A DNA stretch of 40,905 nucleotides from an uncultured Rhodoplanes sp. (GTDB lineage Bacteria; Pseudomonadota; Alphaproteobacteria; Rhizobiales; Xanthobacteraceae): the NCBI GenBank assembly GCA_964616635.1, contig CAZTTL010000001.1, positions 1 to 40,905 of the forward strand, read 5' to 3'. Below are positions 1 through 9,025 of this stretch, one piece after another. Within the stretch, counting starts at the first letter, position 1; every line of letters begins with the position of its first letter. The notes beneath the pieces were generated by a model. It searched no databases. It was not told the origin of the DNA and saw only the letters and a program-made list of their open reading frames with translations. A program made the translations under genes and the position numbers.

Positions 1-92
1 AGGAACTGACCGGCGGCTCCCAGCATCCGGTCATGACCCGCCCGCCAACCGTCCCAGACTTCCCCATCGCGGTGGTCGGGGCGAAACGATAA
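1..92 (-). mobile_element. Possible non-coding end of a second insertion element (IS110-like?) interrupting the IS3 remnant
   Basis: Non-coding and abuts the truncated IS3 frame at about 95. Shares ordered motifs (GCTCCC..CCGGTCAT..CCAACCG) with 40285-40385. The family assignment is a guess. Confidence 0.25.
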
Positions 93-94
93 AT

Positions 95-381
95 GAGCGC
101 CAGATCGAATGGCACTACATCGCGCCCGGCAAACCGATGCAGAACGGCTTCGCCGAGAGCTTCATCGGTCGCTTCCGCGACGAATGCCTTAACGAGCACC
201 TGTTCGCGAGCCTCAAACAGGCGCGCACCTTCATCGAAGATTGGCGGATCAACTACAACACCACGTGACCACACATGACCCTCAACGGGCTCACTCCAAC
301 CGAGTTTGTTGCCCGCCCCACAGTGGGGCATAACCAGAACAGACTCTCCTTATGAACGCGGGCAAGTTGCGGAGCAGGTCA
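95..381 (+). pseudogene. IS3-family transposase, 3' remnant with right terminal repeat
   Basis: The frame from 95 reads [37 protein letters not shown]...[10 protein letters not shown], an integrase-core C-terminus with a premature TGA at 266-268. The natural stop is at 353-355 and the element ends ...GGAGCAGGTCA at 381 (IS3-type CA end). Confidence 0.88.
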
Positions 382-396
382 CCACGCTTAAGCGCT

Positions 397-1272
397 TTAC
401 CCCCGCCCAAAGTAGAACGCTGCCAACTGAATCACGGAACCGGCCATGACGATCAACTGGCGCGTTCGGGCGTGACGCGCAAGCATTGAGGTGACGAAAA
501 CTAACCCACCCAACATGACTAGTGCCGCGTATGTGTTGTCCATTTCCAAAGTGAAATACGGAATGGTAGCGAGCGCCAACGCTGCCGCCAGGCAGGCATA
601 AGCAACGAAATAAGCGAAACCATCACTCGTTGCGATTGGAAGCGTGCGGGCGCAGCAGCGCTCATCCCCCGACCTGTCCTCAATATCCTTCATTATCTCG
701 CGCGCGACCGTGGTCAATGCAGCGCAGGCGCCGAGAACTGCGACGGGACCGTTCACAAGACCGGGTTCGGTTGCCCCGAACAGGGCGACGGACCCAACAA
801 GGGCGCCCACCAGAAGATTCTTCGTCAATCCAAGCCGCTTCGAATACTTCGCGTATATGATCAACAGAGATATGTTGACGAGCGCAACGGCAAGGCACCA
901 TCGCGATATCGACGCGCTGGTGACAATAGCAAGCGCAAATAACACTGCCGCTATCGCCTTGCCAACGGCGGGCGAAATCTGTCCGGCTGGTATCGGCCGA
1001 TCGGGCTTGTTGAGGCTATCGATTTCATTGTCGTAAACGTCGTTCAGCGCATTGCCCGCGGAGGTCGCGAACAGCACCGCCGCCGCAACCGCTATGACGA
1101 CGCGTGGATCGAGGGTCGCCCGCGTGAGCAAAGCAGCGACAAGGGCGAGGGCAACCGCCGTCAGCCCTGCATGAATGCGTATAAGATGGAAGAGTGAGGC
1201 GACGGTGATGGCCGTCATCCGAATTTTGCCAAACGCCCGCCGGTCCCGCCCCTCAGTCAGCATCTGAACCAC
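397..1272 (-). CDS. UbiA-superfamily prenyltransferase, DGGGP-synthase-like (start may be 1263 or 1218)
   Basis: Hydrophobic multi-TM protein. First Asp-rich motif NDVYDNEIDSLNKPDRPIPAGQIS; second motif REIMKDIEDRSGD..TLPI, typical of the DGGGP-synthase-like subfamily. Confidence 0.85.
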   Translation of the reverse strand: MVQMLTEGRDRRAFGKIRMTAITVASLFHLIRIHAGLTAVALALVAALLTRATLDPRVVIAVAAAVLFATSAGNALNDVYDNEIDSLNKPDRPIPAGQISPAVGKAIAAVLFALAIVTSASISRWCLAVALVNISLLIIYAKYSKRLGLTKNLLVGALVGSVALFGATEPGLVNGPVAVLGACAALTTVAREIMKDIEDRSGDERCCARTLPIATSDGFAYFVAYACLAAALALATIPYFTLEMDNTYAALVMLGGLVFVTSMLARHARTRQLIVMAGSVIQLAAFYFGRG

Positions 1273-1334
1273 TGCCTTTGTTACAGCGCGTGCCGTGGCC
1301 TAGTCGGCGATGCACCGAATCGCCGTCACAGCGC

Positions 1335-2552
1335 TCACTTGAACAACAGCCCGAGATAGAACAGCGGGTTGGTGAGTTGTTTGCGCGATTGCTCGCCGAC
1401 AATCATGGCGCCAATCGTTCTGCCAACCTCTTGATTGCGCGCCGCAGTGCGGATTGTGAAATTCAACAAAGGCTGCATACGGCCCAGCTTCTGCATTCTT
1501 GAGCTGACCTTGAATTCGTCGCCAAGGGCACGCCAAAGCCTGTCTTCATATCTCGCCAGACTTGCTGCGCTGAAATCGCGCTGCTCGAAAGCGGTCCGCG
1601 CGACTTCAACGGCAAGGCGGGCAGAGAACATTGCGTTGCCGATCCCTTCTCCGGTGAAGGGGTCTACCAGACCCGCTGCGTCGCCGAGCAGCATGAATCC
1701 GGCGCCGGCGCAGGGTCGTTTCTTGCTGCCGACAGGCAGCTGCCAACCGGCTGGTTTGGTCACGCGCGTCGCCCGGCGAAAGCGATGCGCGAAATGATCC
1801 GAACCGATTGCTTCGTCGAGCGCGCGGACGAGATTGACGCGTTTGCGCTGCATCGGCCGCACAAGCATGCCGACCCCGACATTCGCCATGTCGTTCTCGA
1901 CCGGAAATATCCAGAAGTACCCTGGCAAGATGCTGGCAATGTAATGCAATTCGATCTTATCGCTCAGCCCCGATACGCTCTCGAAATAGCATCTGACGGC
2001 GAGAATCGTATGGTCGGGATCTGGGTCGAAGAAGCCCAAGCGTCGGGAAATGATCGACTTATAGCCGTCCGCCCCCATAACAATGGGACTGCGGAGTTCC
2101 TGCTGCGCACCGCTACTCGGCTCAAGAGCCTTAATGCCGCATACGACATCGTTTTCCCGGATAATGTCGTATGCCTCCCAACCCTCGCGGCATTCGACAC
2201 CCTCGCGACGACACTGCGAAAACATGAAATCGTCGTAGACTTTCCTGGGAATCACATAGCCCGCAACGTCGGGCCGGCGCTCGTTGATAATATTGATATC
2301 CGCCTCAGTATGGTCGGTGCCGCCGAAAACCACACCGCGCACTCTCACGCTCGGCAGACGCTCCACGTCACTTAACAGACCGAGATCACGCAGGATATCG
2401 ACTGCCTTCCCACCAATTGCATCGCCACAGGTCTTGTCGCGGGGAAAACGGTCCTTGTCGATGATCAGCGTCTTGAGACCAGCGCGATTCGCATAGAGCG
2501 CCGCAGTAGTGCCCGCGGGTCCCCCGCCAACGACGATGATGTCATGTTGCAT
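1335..2552 (-). CDS. Geranylgeranyl reductase family FAD-dependent oxidoreductase
   Basis: GGGPAG FAD motif, FPRDKTCGD, PGYFWIFP (PxxYxWxFP-like GGR motif), GDAAGLVDPFTGEGI. Confidence 0.9.
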   Translation of the reverse strand: MQHDIIVVGGGPAGTTAALYANRAGLKTLIIDKDRFPRDKTCGDAIGGKAVDILRDLGLLSDVERLPSVRVRGVVFGGTDHTEADINIINERRPDVAGYVIPRKVYDDFMFSQCRREGVECREGWEAYDIIRENDVVCGIKALEPSSGAQQELRSPIVMGADGYKSIISRRLGFFDPDPDHTILAVRCYFESVSGLSDKIELHYIASILPGYFWIFPVENDMANVGVGMLVRPMQRKRVNLVRALDEAIGSDHFAHRFRRATRVTKPAGWQLPVGSKKRPCAGAGFMLLGDAAGLVDPFTGEGIGNAMFSARLAVEVARTAFEQRDFSAASLARYEDRLWRALGDEFKVSSRMQKLGRMQPLLNFTIRTAARNQEVGRTIGAMIVGEQSRKQLTNPLFYLGLLFK

Positions 2553-2576
2553 TCAACGGCCCCCGGCGGACTGACA

Positions 2577-3461
2577 TCAAAGCGCCGGCTGCGCTTGGCT
2601 GATATGCGGGCTGATCAGGCTTCGCACAAAAGAATCTAGTAAGGAGGTGTCTACTCCCAGTCTCACCGCCGGCCGCCGCGCTTCGTCAATAAGCGCACTC
2701 GCGCGACGTTCCGCGCGCTCCCGCCCGACCAGCGCGGCATAGTTCGGCCGGTGCATTTTCGTGTCACGTTCAATGTCCTGCAGATCGTCCTCGATCTGAT
2801 ACGCAAAGCCGATGTTCAATCCATAGCCATAAAAGGTCTTCTGCTGCACGGAGCCGGCACGGGCCGCGACTGCGCCGAATTCGCATGCCGCCGCCATCAA
2901 GAGGCCGGTCTTGCCGATGCACAGTTGTTCGATTTGCTCGGTCGACATTGACGTCTCGCCGCCGAGCAATTGGAAGTTCAGGTCAGTGAACTGACCGGCG
3001 CACATACCAGTCGTGCCGACGGTCTTGGAGAGTCGGACGGTGGTGCGAGCGCGGCTGCGCGCGTCGAAAGCGCCAGTGAGTTCGAAAGCGCGCGCCAGGA
3101 GGGATATCGCGACAAGGATGGCGGCAGCCTCGCCTTCCTTGCGGTGAAGGGTCGCGCATGAACGACGCTCGTTCTCGTCGTCCATGCTGGGCAGATCGTC
3201 TAATACCAGCGAAGCGGCGTGCACGAGTTCGATAGCCAGAGCAAGCGGCAAGGCGTCAGCCGTTTTGCCGCCGAGCGCTGCGCAACTCAAGAGCACGAGG
3301 ATCGGCCGTATTCGTCTGCCTCCCGACAATACGGCGAAGCGGGCAGCTTGCTGCAGCCGAGCGGCACCGTTCGACGGCGAGCGGGCAGCAAACAGATCAG
3401 CGAGGCCATCCTCAACCGCGGCGTAACATTTGTGGGTAATATCGACGTGGCGCGCTGACAA
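2577..3461 (-). CDS. Polyprenyl diphosphate synthase, CrtE/GGPP-synthase-like
   Basis: GGRRIRP, FARM HAASLVLDDLPSMDD..RR with small residues before the FARM as in CrtE, GQFTD, KTG, SARM YQIEDDLQD. GTG start with upstream GGAGG RBS. Confidence 0.9.
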   Translation of the reverse strand: MSARHVDITHKCYAAVEDGLADLFAARSPSNGAARLQQAARFAVLSGGRRIRPILVLLSCAALGGKTADALPLALAIELVHAASLVLDDLPSMDDENERRSCATLHRKEGEAAAILVAISLLARAFELTGAFDARSRARTTVRLSKTVGTTGMCAGQFTDLNFQLLGGETSMSTEQIEQLCIGKTGLLMAAACEFGAVAARAGSVQQKTFYGYGLNIGFAYQIEDDLQDIERDTKMHRPNYAALVGRERAERRASALIDEARRPAVRLGVDTSLLDSFVRSLISPHISQAQPAL

Positions 3462-3473
3462 ATAGGCCTCCCT

Positions 3474-4676
3474 CTATGTTGACCCCGATCGTGTGGCCGA
3501 TCCGTGTGGCCGCTGCACCCCCAACTTTGGACAGGCCATCGCTGACCCGGGGTGTGGCTTGGCGGCTTCTTGCTCGTTTCCGGCTTGTGCTCGTTCGAAG
3601 GTGACCTCGGACTCGATCCGTTTGCGCAACGCCAACGGCGCGGCCGATCCGTCGGTCGCAACGTCGTCGCGACCGGGTGGCGATCGACTGCCGTCGGCTG
3701 TGTGGGCAAACACTTCGCGCACCATGCTGACGGCTTGAGCGACACGCTCGCCAAGGTTCGTCTGCACTAATCGGATATCTTCGCCCGTGACATCGAACGA
3801 GAAAACGAACGGGTCCCAATTATTTCCAAGGTTGGAAAAGCGGAACCGTAGGTCATAGACAGAAACGCGCTGCCCCCGAACCGACCAGACGGGCGCTTTG
3901 AGTAGACTTTCAACCTCACGGACGACCGCATCACCGCGAGCGCGCACGACCAGCGGATGGCTTGAGCATGATTCCACCGGGCTGAGCCGTTCGACCCGGC
4001 CGCCGAGTGGAAAAATAACGGCCTGCTCGAAAACGCTGCCGGTCGCGTATATCGCCTTCCAGCGGAAAGGCGCGAACGGCTCGGGGGTAAGATAGGCTAA
4101 CCTGCTATCGTTGGGTCGCAGGCTATCGATCTTGGCGAGTGCGACCTCGCGCAAATAAAAAGACAAACCGATATAGATGGCAATCGCCGCGAAGGCGGAG
4201 CGGGCGAGCCATGTGCGCGCATCGATGCGCGACCGATACAACCAGCCGCAAAGCAGCGCGACGGCGAGCACGCCGATGATCATCGGATCGGCGATGAACA
4301 GGAGCGGAATCTCGAAGCGGTCGGACGAGAGGGGATACAGAAGACCTACGCCATAGGCATTAACCAGGTCTAGAACCAGATGAACCGACACGCCAAGTGC
4401 GGTCAGAATCAAAATCGTGGATAGGCGAAGACGGCGAAACAGTAAGGAGAAGAGCAAGGCCGCGCCGATCACGATAGGCGGCAGCAGCAGGAGGGAGTGG
4501 GTCCACATCCGCCGGTGTAAAGCCGCTGACGTCGGATCCACGAGGACAAATACGGCATCGATGTCGGGCAAGAGGGACGCCGCCACGAGAACACTAGCGA
4601 CGTCGCGCCGCGTGGCCCATCGCGAATGGCACTGAGACAGCCCAAGGCCGCAAAGGGCGTGGGTGACCAACTCCAT
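3474..4676 (-). CDS. Membrane-bound metal-dependent hydrolase (YdjM/DUF457-like)
   Basis: THALCG, LLPDID, HRRMWTHSL and HLVLDLVNAYGV..LYP motifs with several TM segments. Start reassigned to the ATG at 4676 (MELVTH) with a GAGGGA RBS. Confidence 0.85.
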   Translation of the reverse strand: MELVTHALCGLGLSQCHSRWATRRDVASVLVAASLLPDIDAVFVLVDPTSAALHRRMWTHSLLLLPPIVIGAALLFSLLFRRLRLSTILILTALGVSVHLVLDLVNAYGVGLLYPLSSDRFEIPLLFIADPMIIGVLAVALLCGWLYRSRIDARTWLARSAFAAIAIYIGLSFYLREVALAKIDSLRPNDSRLAYLTPEPFAPFRWKAIYATGSVFEQAVIFPLGGRVERLSPVESCSSHPLVVRARGDAVVREVESLLKAPVWSVRGQRVSVYDLRFRFSNLGNNWDPFVFSFDVTGEDIRLVQTNLGERVAQAVSMVREVFAHTADGSRSPPGRDDVATDGSAAPLALRKRIESEVTFERAQAGNEQEAAKPHPGSAMACPKLGVQRPHGSATRSGST

Positions 4677-5014
4677 GCGTTCGCAATCCCTCATGTCGGA
4701 CCCGGACATCCGACGCGTACCCGCTGAGTGGAAAAGCTATCTTTTCCGTGCGCACTTCCCGAGGCTTTGCGATGAATCAAATCCAGTCCTGAAGAGTCCC
4801 CCTTAAAAGCGGCGCGGGCGGATTCAGTTGCTTCTCGTCGCGGGGCCCGTTGAACCGAAGCGGCGCGAACCGCTAAGCTGGATGCCTCGGTAGATCTGGC
4901 GGAGCGGTCGCCATCGTCGCCGGCCATGCTCTGTGGTTGTGATGAGCGCACCGGCGACGACCCGCCATGCAGGAACCGCGTTCGCGGCAACCAGAGGAGC
5001 CATCGCCATTGCCA

Positions 5015-5611
5015 ATGCTGCGAGGCCTGAAGGAGCTATTGTTGGTAATCCTATCGACGGCAACGATGTCCGGATCGTCTGTCGCGATGACACAGGGCGA
5101 CCGCTCGGTCAATCAGTTCCTCGCCTATGTACGGTCGACCATCCATACGAGCCGCGACGGGGCCGACATGGACGAAGCCCGCGCCCGTCAAAGATGCCAG
5201 GAGTTCACGACCCGCTACATGGAAATGGACGCAATGGCGCAGAGCGCCGCCGCTGCGATCTGGAGTCGGATGTCGGCGCACCAACGCGCCGCCTACCGCT
5301 CTGCGTTCGATGCGCGGATGCTGGCGACATGCCTGCGGGCAGTTCGGGAATTCCGTGGCAAGAAGCTCACCTTGCTCGGTGTACGACGTACGGAGAGCGG
5401 GGACAAGCTCGTGGCCACTCGTGTCAGTCTCGATAACGGACGCGAACGCATGATCGTGTGGCGATTGCGGGATCGTGGATCGAGGTTGCGCGCCGTGGAC
5501 ATCATTTCCGACGGTCGCAGCACCGTGGCCACCGCCCGCGAAGAGTATGCGACCGTGCTGGAGTCGCGCAACGGCGACATCGACGCTTTCATTCAGACGA
5601 TAAGACCCTAG
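5015..5611 (+). CDS. MlaC/Ttg2D/HpnM-like periplasmic lipid-binding protein
   Basis: Signal-peptide-like N-terminus; W..MS..QR..Y..AF helix and WRL....RAVDIISDGRS.V.T.REEY..VL....GDIDAFI C-terminus typical of MlaC. Start uncertain (4967/5009/5015). Confidence 0.75.
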   Translation: MLRGLKELLLVILSTATMSGSSVAMTQGDRSVNQFLAYVRSTIHTSRDGADMDEARARQRCQEFTTRYMEMDAMAQSAAAAIWSRMSAHQRAAYRSAFDARMLATCLRAVREFRGKKLTLLGVRRTESGDKLVATRVSLDNGRERMIVWRLRDRGSRLRAVDIISDGRSTVATAREEYATVLESRNGDIDAFIQTIRP

Positions 5612-5651
5612 TATGCACGGCGGTTCGTAAAATCAGAAATCGTGACGAGCC

Positions 5652-6371
5652 ATGTCCTCACAAGATACTCTGATCAGCCTTGAAGGAGTGACGCGCCTGT
5701 TCGACAATGGCGCGATAGTGGCGCTTAAAGACATCGATCTCTTTATCGACAAAGGCGATCGCATAGCGATCGTAGGCGCGAGTGGCAGCGGCAAAAGCAC
5801 GCTCGTCAACCTCTTGAGCGGCATCGATGCGCCAACACGTGGCTGCGTCCGTTGGAAAGGCCAGCGAGTGACATCGCGGAAAGCGTGGGCCGCGTTGCGG
5901 CGGACTGAAATCGGTATCGTATTTCAGGATTTCAACCTATTGCCGACGCTGACGGCGGGCGAAAACATCGAATTGGCAATGTTCGGACACGGTCTGTCGG
6001 CAGCAACGCGCCGCGCGCGGGCCAGCGTGGCGCTGGAGCGCGTGGGGCTCGCCGCCCGTACGACGCATCTACCGCATGCACTTTCCGGTGGTGAGCGGCA
6101 GCGCGTCGCGATCGCGCGGAGCATTGTCAACGCACCAAGCCTATTGCTCGCGGACGAACCGACCGGCAATCTCGATAGCGCGAATGCCGCGATGATTGTC
6201 GATCTCATCTTTGATCTGCAGCGGACAAGCGGGGCCACTCTCGTCTTCGTCACGCACGACGATGCGCTCGCGCGACGCTGTCGGCGTCAAGTCAGGATCA
6301 AGGATGGCGGGATCGCCGAAGACCAAGAGGTCATCCACCTGCCGATTGACACCAAAGAGGCGGTGGCGTGA
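5652..6371 (+). CDS. ABC transporter ATP-binding protein, LolD/MacB-like
   Basis: Walker A GASGSGKS, Q-loop IGIVFQ, LSGGERQRVAIARS, LLADEPTGNLD, VTHD. Confidence 0.95.
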   Translation: MSSQDTLISLEGVTRLFDNGAIVALKDIDLFIDKGDRIAIVGASGSGKSTLVNLLSGIDAPTRGCVRWKGQRVTSRKAWAALRRTEIGIVFQDFNLLPTLTAGENIELAMFGHGLSAATRRARASVALERVGLAARTTHLPHALSGGERQRVAIARSIVNAPSLLLADEPTGNLDSANAAMIVDLIFDLQRTSGATLVFVTHDDALARRCRRQVRIKDGGIAEDQEVIHLPIDTKEAVA

Positions 6372-7486
6372 ACCTGGTCACTCTAGCCCTGAGGAATTTG
6401 CGACGTCGGCCCGTGCGCACCGCTTTGACGGTAATTGCGATCGGACTGGCTGTTGGCAGCACGCTGGCGCTGGTGGCGCTTTCATACAGCATCCAAGAAA
6501 GCGCCAACGAAGGACTCAACGAACTTGGAGCCGACCTCACCGTAACGCAGCGAGGCGCGTCCGATTTGTTTGGGGGGTTTCTGCCCGAGCAGCTCGAACA
6601 CCAATTGTCGCGCATACCGGGCGTCACGGGCGTTGCCGGCGAGCTCTGGATGTTTGCGCCGGACGAGCGTGACCGCCATGTCTTGGTGGCGGGCCGCGCC
6701 AGGTCGAGCATGTCCTGGCAGCACCTCCCTTTGCGTGAAGGCCGCCTCCCTCAAGACGGCGAACGGCGAGTCGCCCTTGTCGGCGACGTGTTGGCCGACG
6801 CGATGGGCAAGCGTCCAAACGACAGTATGGAGATACTCGGCGAGCGTTTTCGGATCGTCGGGATCACGAAATACGCATCCGTAATGAACCGCAGCCTCGT
6901 CATCGTCCCTCTCCTCGACCTGCAAGAGGCGACGTATCGGAACGGCCAGGTCACGCTGTTCGAGGTAAGCGTTCGCCGCGACGCGAGCAGAGCCGAGGTA
7001 GAACGCATCAAGGACGACATCGGCAAGCTCGGCCGCCTCGTGGCCTCGATGCGCAGCGAGGTCCTCCAGGGCGATCGCAACTACGCGACGCTCAACGCCT
7101 TATCGAGAATCATCTCGGTCATCGCGCTGACGATGGGCGCCGTGAACATTTTGAACACCTTGATGATGACAACCCAGGAAAGAATCCGGGAGATTGGCAT
7201 CGCCTCAGCGATTGGCTGGAGCAACCCGCTCATCATGACTGCGATCGTGATCGAGGGCCTGACAATGTGCGCGATCGGGTGCGTGCTCGGGGTTGCGCTC
7301 GGCTATTCAGCCTCCTTTTTATTCGGTGCGGTCCCCACAGTCGGCGACTACATCGAATTCAAGCCGTCTCTGGGCCTCATTGCGCCGACAGTCGCGGCTA
7401 CCTTCGCCCTTTGCGCAATTGGCTCGCTCTACCCTGCTTGGCGAGCGGTCAGAATCACGCCTGCGGAAGCGCTGCGACGAGCATAA
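6368..7486 (+). CDS. ABC transporter permease, MacB/FtsX family
   Basis: ALRNLRRRPVRTALT, large periplasmic domain, ERIREIG..SAIG, YPAWRA..ITPAEALR. GTGA overlap with the ATPase gene. Confidence 0.93.
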   Translation: MNLVTLALRNLRRRPVRTALTVIAIGLAVGSTLALVALSYSIQESANEGLNELGADLTVTQRGASDLFGGFLPEQLEHQLSRIPGVTGVAGELWMFAPDERDRHVLVAGRARSSMSWQHLPLREGRLPQDGERRVALVGDVLADAMGKRPNDSMEILGERFRIVGITKYASVMNRSLVIVPLLDLQEATYRNGQVTLFEVSVRRDASRAEVERIKDDIGKLGRLVASMRSEVLQGDRNYATLNALSRIISVIALTMGAVNILNTLMMTTQERIREIGIASAIGWSNPLIMTAIVIEGLTMCAIGCVLGVALGYSASFLFGAVPTVGDYIEFKPSLGLIAPTVAATFALCAIGSLYPAWRAVRITPAEALRRA

Positions 7487-7646
7487 TTTCGCGGCGGTGA
7501 CGGCAGTGCTGCCGCATGCGCGGCAATTGCGTAGGTGCCGATCTAAAATCCTTTGTATCTGCGGTCTCGGAAGGGCCAGTTGCAGACCGCCGCGGCACGT
7601 CAGTCGTTGCGAGGATTGGTATAAGGTCCCGGTAGTCTTCAACTAA

Positions 7647-7660
7647 TTGATGCAAGTCAA
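7647..7660. promoter_or_regulatory. FNR/FixK-like binding box TTGAT-N4-GTCAA
   Basis: TTGATGCAAGTCAA in an AT-richer intergenic stretch 100 bp upstream of the MFP start. One mismatch to TTGAT-N4-ATCAA and a full match to TTG(A/C)-N6-(T/G)CAA. Confidence 0.55.
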
Positions 7661-7759
7661 CAACAGAATATTGGCAACGTGTTTGGCTCTTGCAAACTTC
7701 AAGATCGGCCGTCCATGCGCAGTCAGGGCCCGTGAAAACGTTCCCTGAAGGGAATCCGA

Positions 7760-9025
7760 ATGCTTGATGTTCCAAGGCCGTCTCCGCAGGAGAGTCCGCC
7801 AGTTGACGAGGCGGCCCAACCTCAAGATCCGAGCGGTCTTGCGAAGAGATGGGATGACCGGATGCGGCGACGCCTCATTTCGGTTTTGATTCTGCTTGTC
7901 GTGATCGGCGCAGCCGGGCTTGGCGCGTGGGCGACGTTTCTGCGACCGCTCGCTGTGCAAGTCGCTCACCCCCAATCCAATGTCGCAGTCCAGGTCTTTG
8001 GGCTGGGGACCGTCGAAGCACGGGTCTCCTCGCAGGTGGGGTTCAAGATTTCCGGCGTATTGGTTGATCTTCGCGCGGATGTTGGTGACCGGATCGCCAA
8101 AGGTACGGTGCTGGCTCGCCTCGATAATCGCGAGCAGAGTGCGCAAGTCGCCCGGATGAGGGCGGCCGTTGAGCAGGCGCAAGCCAATTTGCAACGGGCG
8201 ATGGCGAGCGTAGAAAAGGCCAAAGCCAATTATGCCAACGCCGGGCGCATCAACGAGCGCCGACAGAAGCTGGTCCAGAGCAATGCTGCCTCAGTTGAGT
8301 CGGCAGAAACGGCACAGGCTGCACGGGACGTGGCACGAGCAGATTTGAACCTGGCGAATAGCGATGTTCTGGTGGCGACCGCTGCGATCAGTGATGCCAA
8401 GGCCCAATTGCAGCAGCAAACGGCCACATTGGACTTCCACACTCTGGTGGCACCCTACGATGCCTTGGTGACTGCGCGGTTGAAGGAGCGTGGCTCGGCG
8501 CTCAACGCGGGACAGCCGGTGTTCACACTGATTGATCCAAATACTGTTTGGGTCCTTGCCTATATCGATGAGAGCAAGGCCGGAGAAATTACCGTCGGCC
8601 AGCTAGCCGACATTGTCCAGCGGTCACAGCCGAGCCGGCACATCGCCGGCCGCGTCGCGCGCATTGAACCGGAGAGCGACCGTGTCAACGAAGAACGCAA
8701 GATCGAGGTCGCGTTCGACCACATACCGGACAACTTCAATCTGGGCGAACAAGCCGAGGTCTACATCACGACCGTCCGTCTAGCCCAGGCGCTGCTCGTA
8801 CCGGAAGTGGCGATCGAAGGGCTCGGCAAGAATTCGGGAACCGTATGGACCGTCGAAGATGGACGCCTGCAGCATCGCCAGGTGGCGCTGGGCCATCGCC
8901 TGCTGGACGGCCGATATGAGATTACTGGCGGCTTGCCGGAGAACAGCGTTGTTGTCACTAAGCTCCGCCGCGGGCTGCGCGTTGGCCGAGCAGCCAAGAT
9001 CGCGGAAGCACAGAGTAGCAAATGA
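7760..9025 (+). CDS. Efflux periplasmic adaptor / membrane fusion protein (HlyD/MacA family)
   Basis: N-terminal TM anchor, lipoyl half motifs (VGFKISG..VDLRADVGDRIAKGTVLARLD; LVAPYDALV), Ala/Gln-rich coiled coil, LLVPEVAI and C-terminal MP domain. Confidence 0.93.
   Translation: MLDVPRPSPQESPPVDEAAQPQDPSGLAKRWDDRMRRRLISVLILLVVIGAAGLGAWATFLRPLAVQVAHPQSNVAVQVFGLGTVEARVSSQVGFKISGVLVDLRADVGDRIAKGTVLARLDNREQSAQVARMRAAVEQAQANLQRAMASVEKAKANYANAGRINERRQKLVQSNAASVESAETAQAARDVARADLNLANSDVLVATAAISDAKAQLQQQTATLDFHTLVAPYDALVTARLKERGSALNAGQPVFTLIDPNTVWVLAYIDESKAGEITVGQLADIVQRSQPSRHIAGRVARIEPESDRVNEERKIEVAFDHIPDNFNLGEQAEVYITTVRLAQALLVPEVAIEGLGKNSGTVWTVEDGRLQHRQVALGHRLLDGRYEITGGLPENSVVVTKLRRGLRVGRAAKIAEAQSSK

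Noticed and set aside
397-3461. Photosynthesis genes bchG/bchP/crtE
   Set aside because: No other bch, puf or crt genes, and the UbiA second motif (KDIED) is DGGGPS-like rather than BchG-like (NDFKS).
397-4676. Complete archaeal ether lipid pathway
   Set aside because: GGGP synthase, G1P dehydrogenase and CarS are not in the window, so only a partial resemblance can be claimed.
4808-4867. Direct repeat AAGCGGCGCG x2 in the divergent promoter region
   Set aside because: Short and GC-rich with only two copies; plausible by chance.
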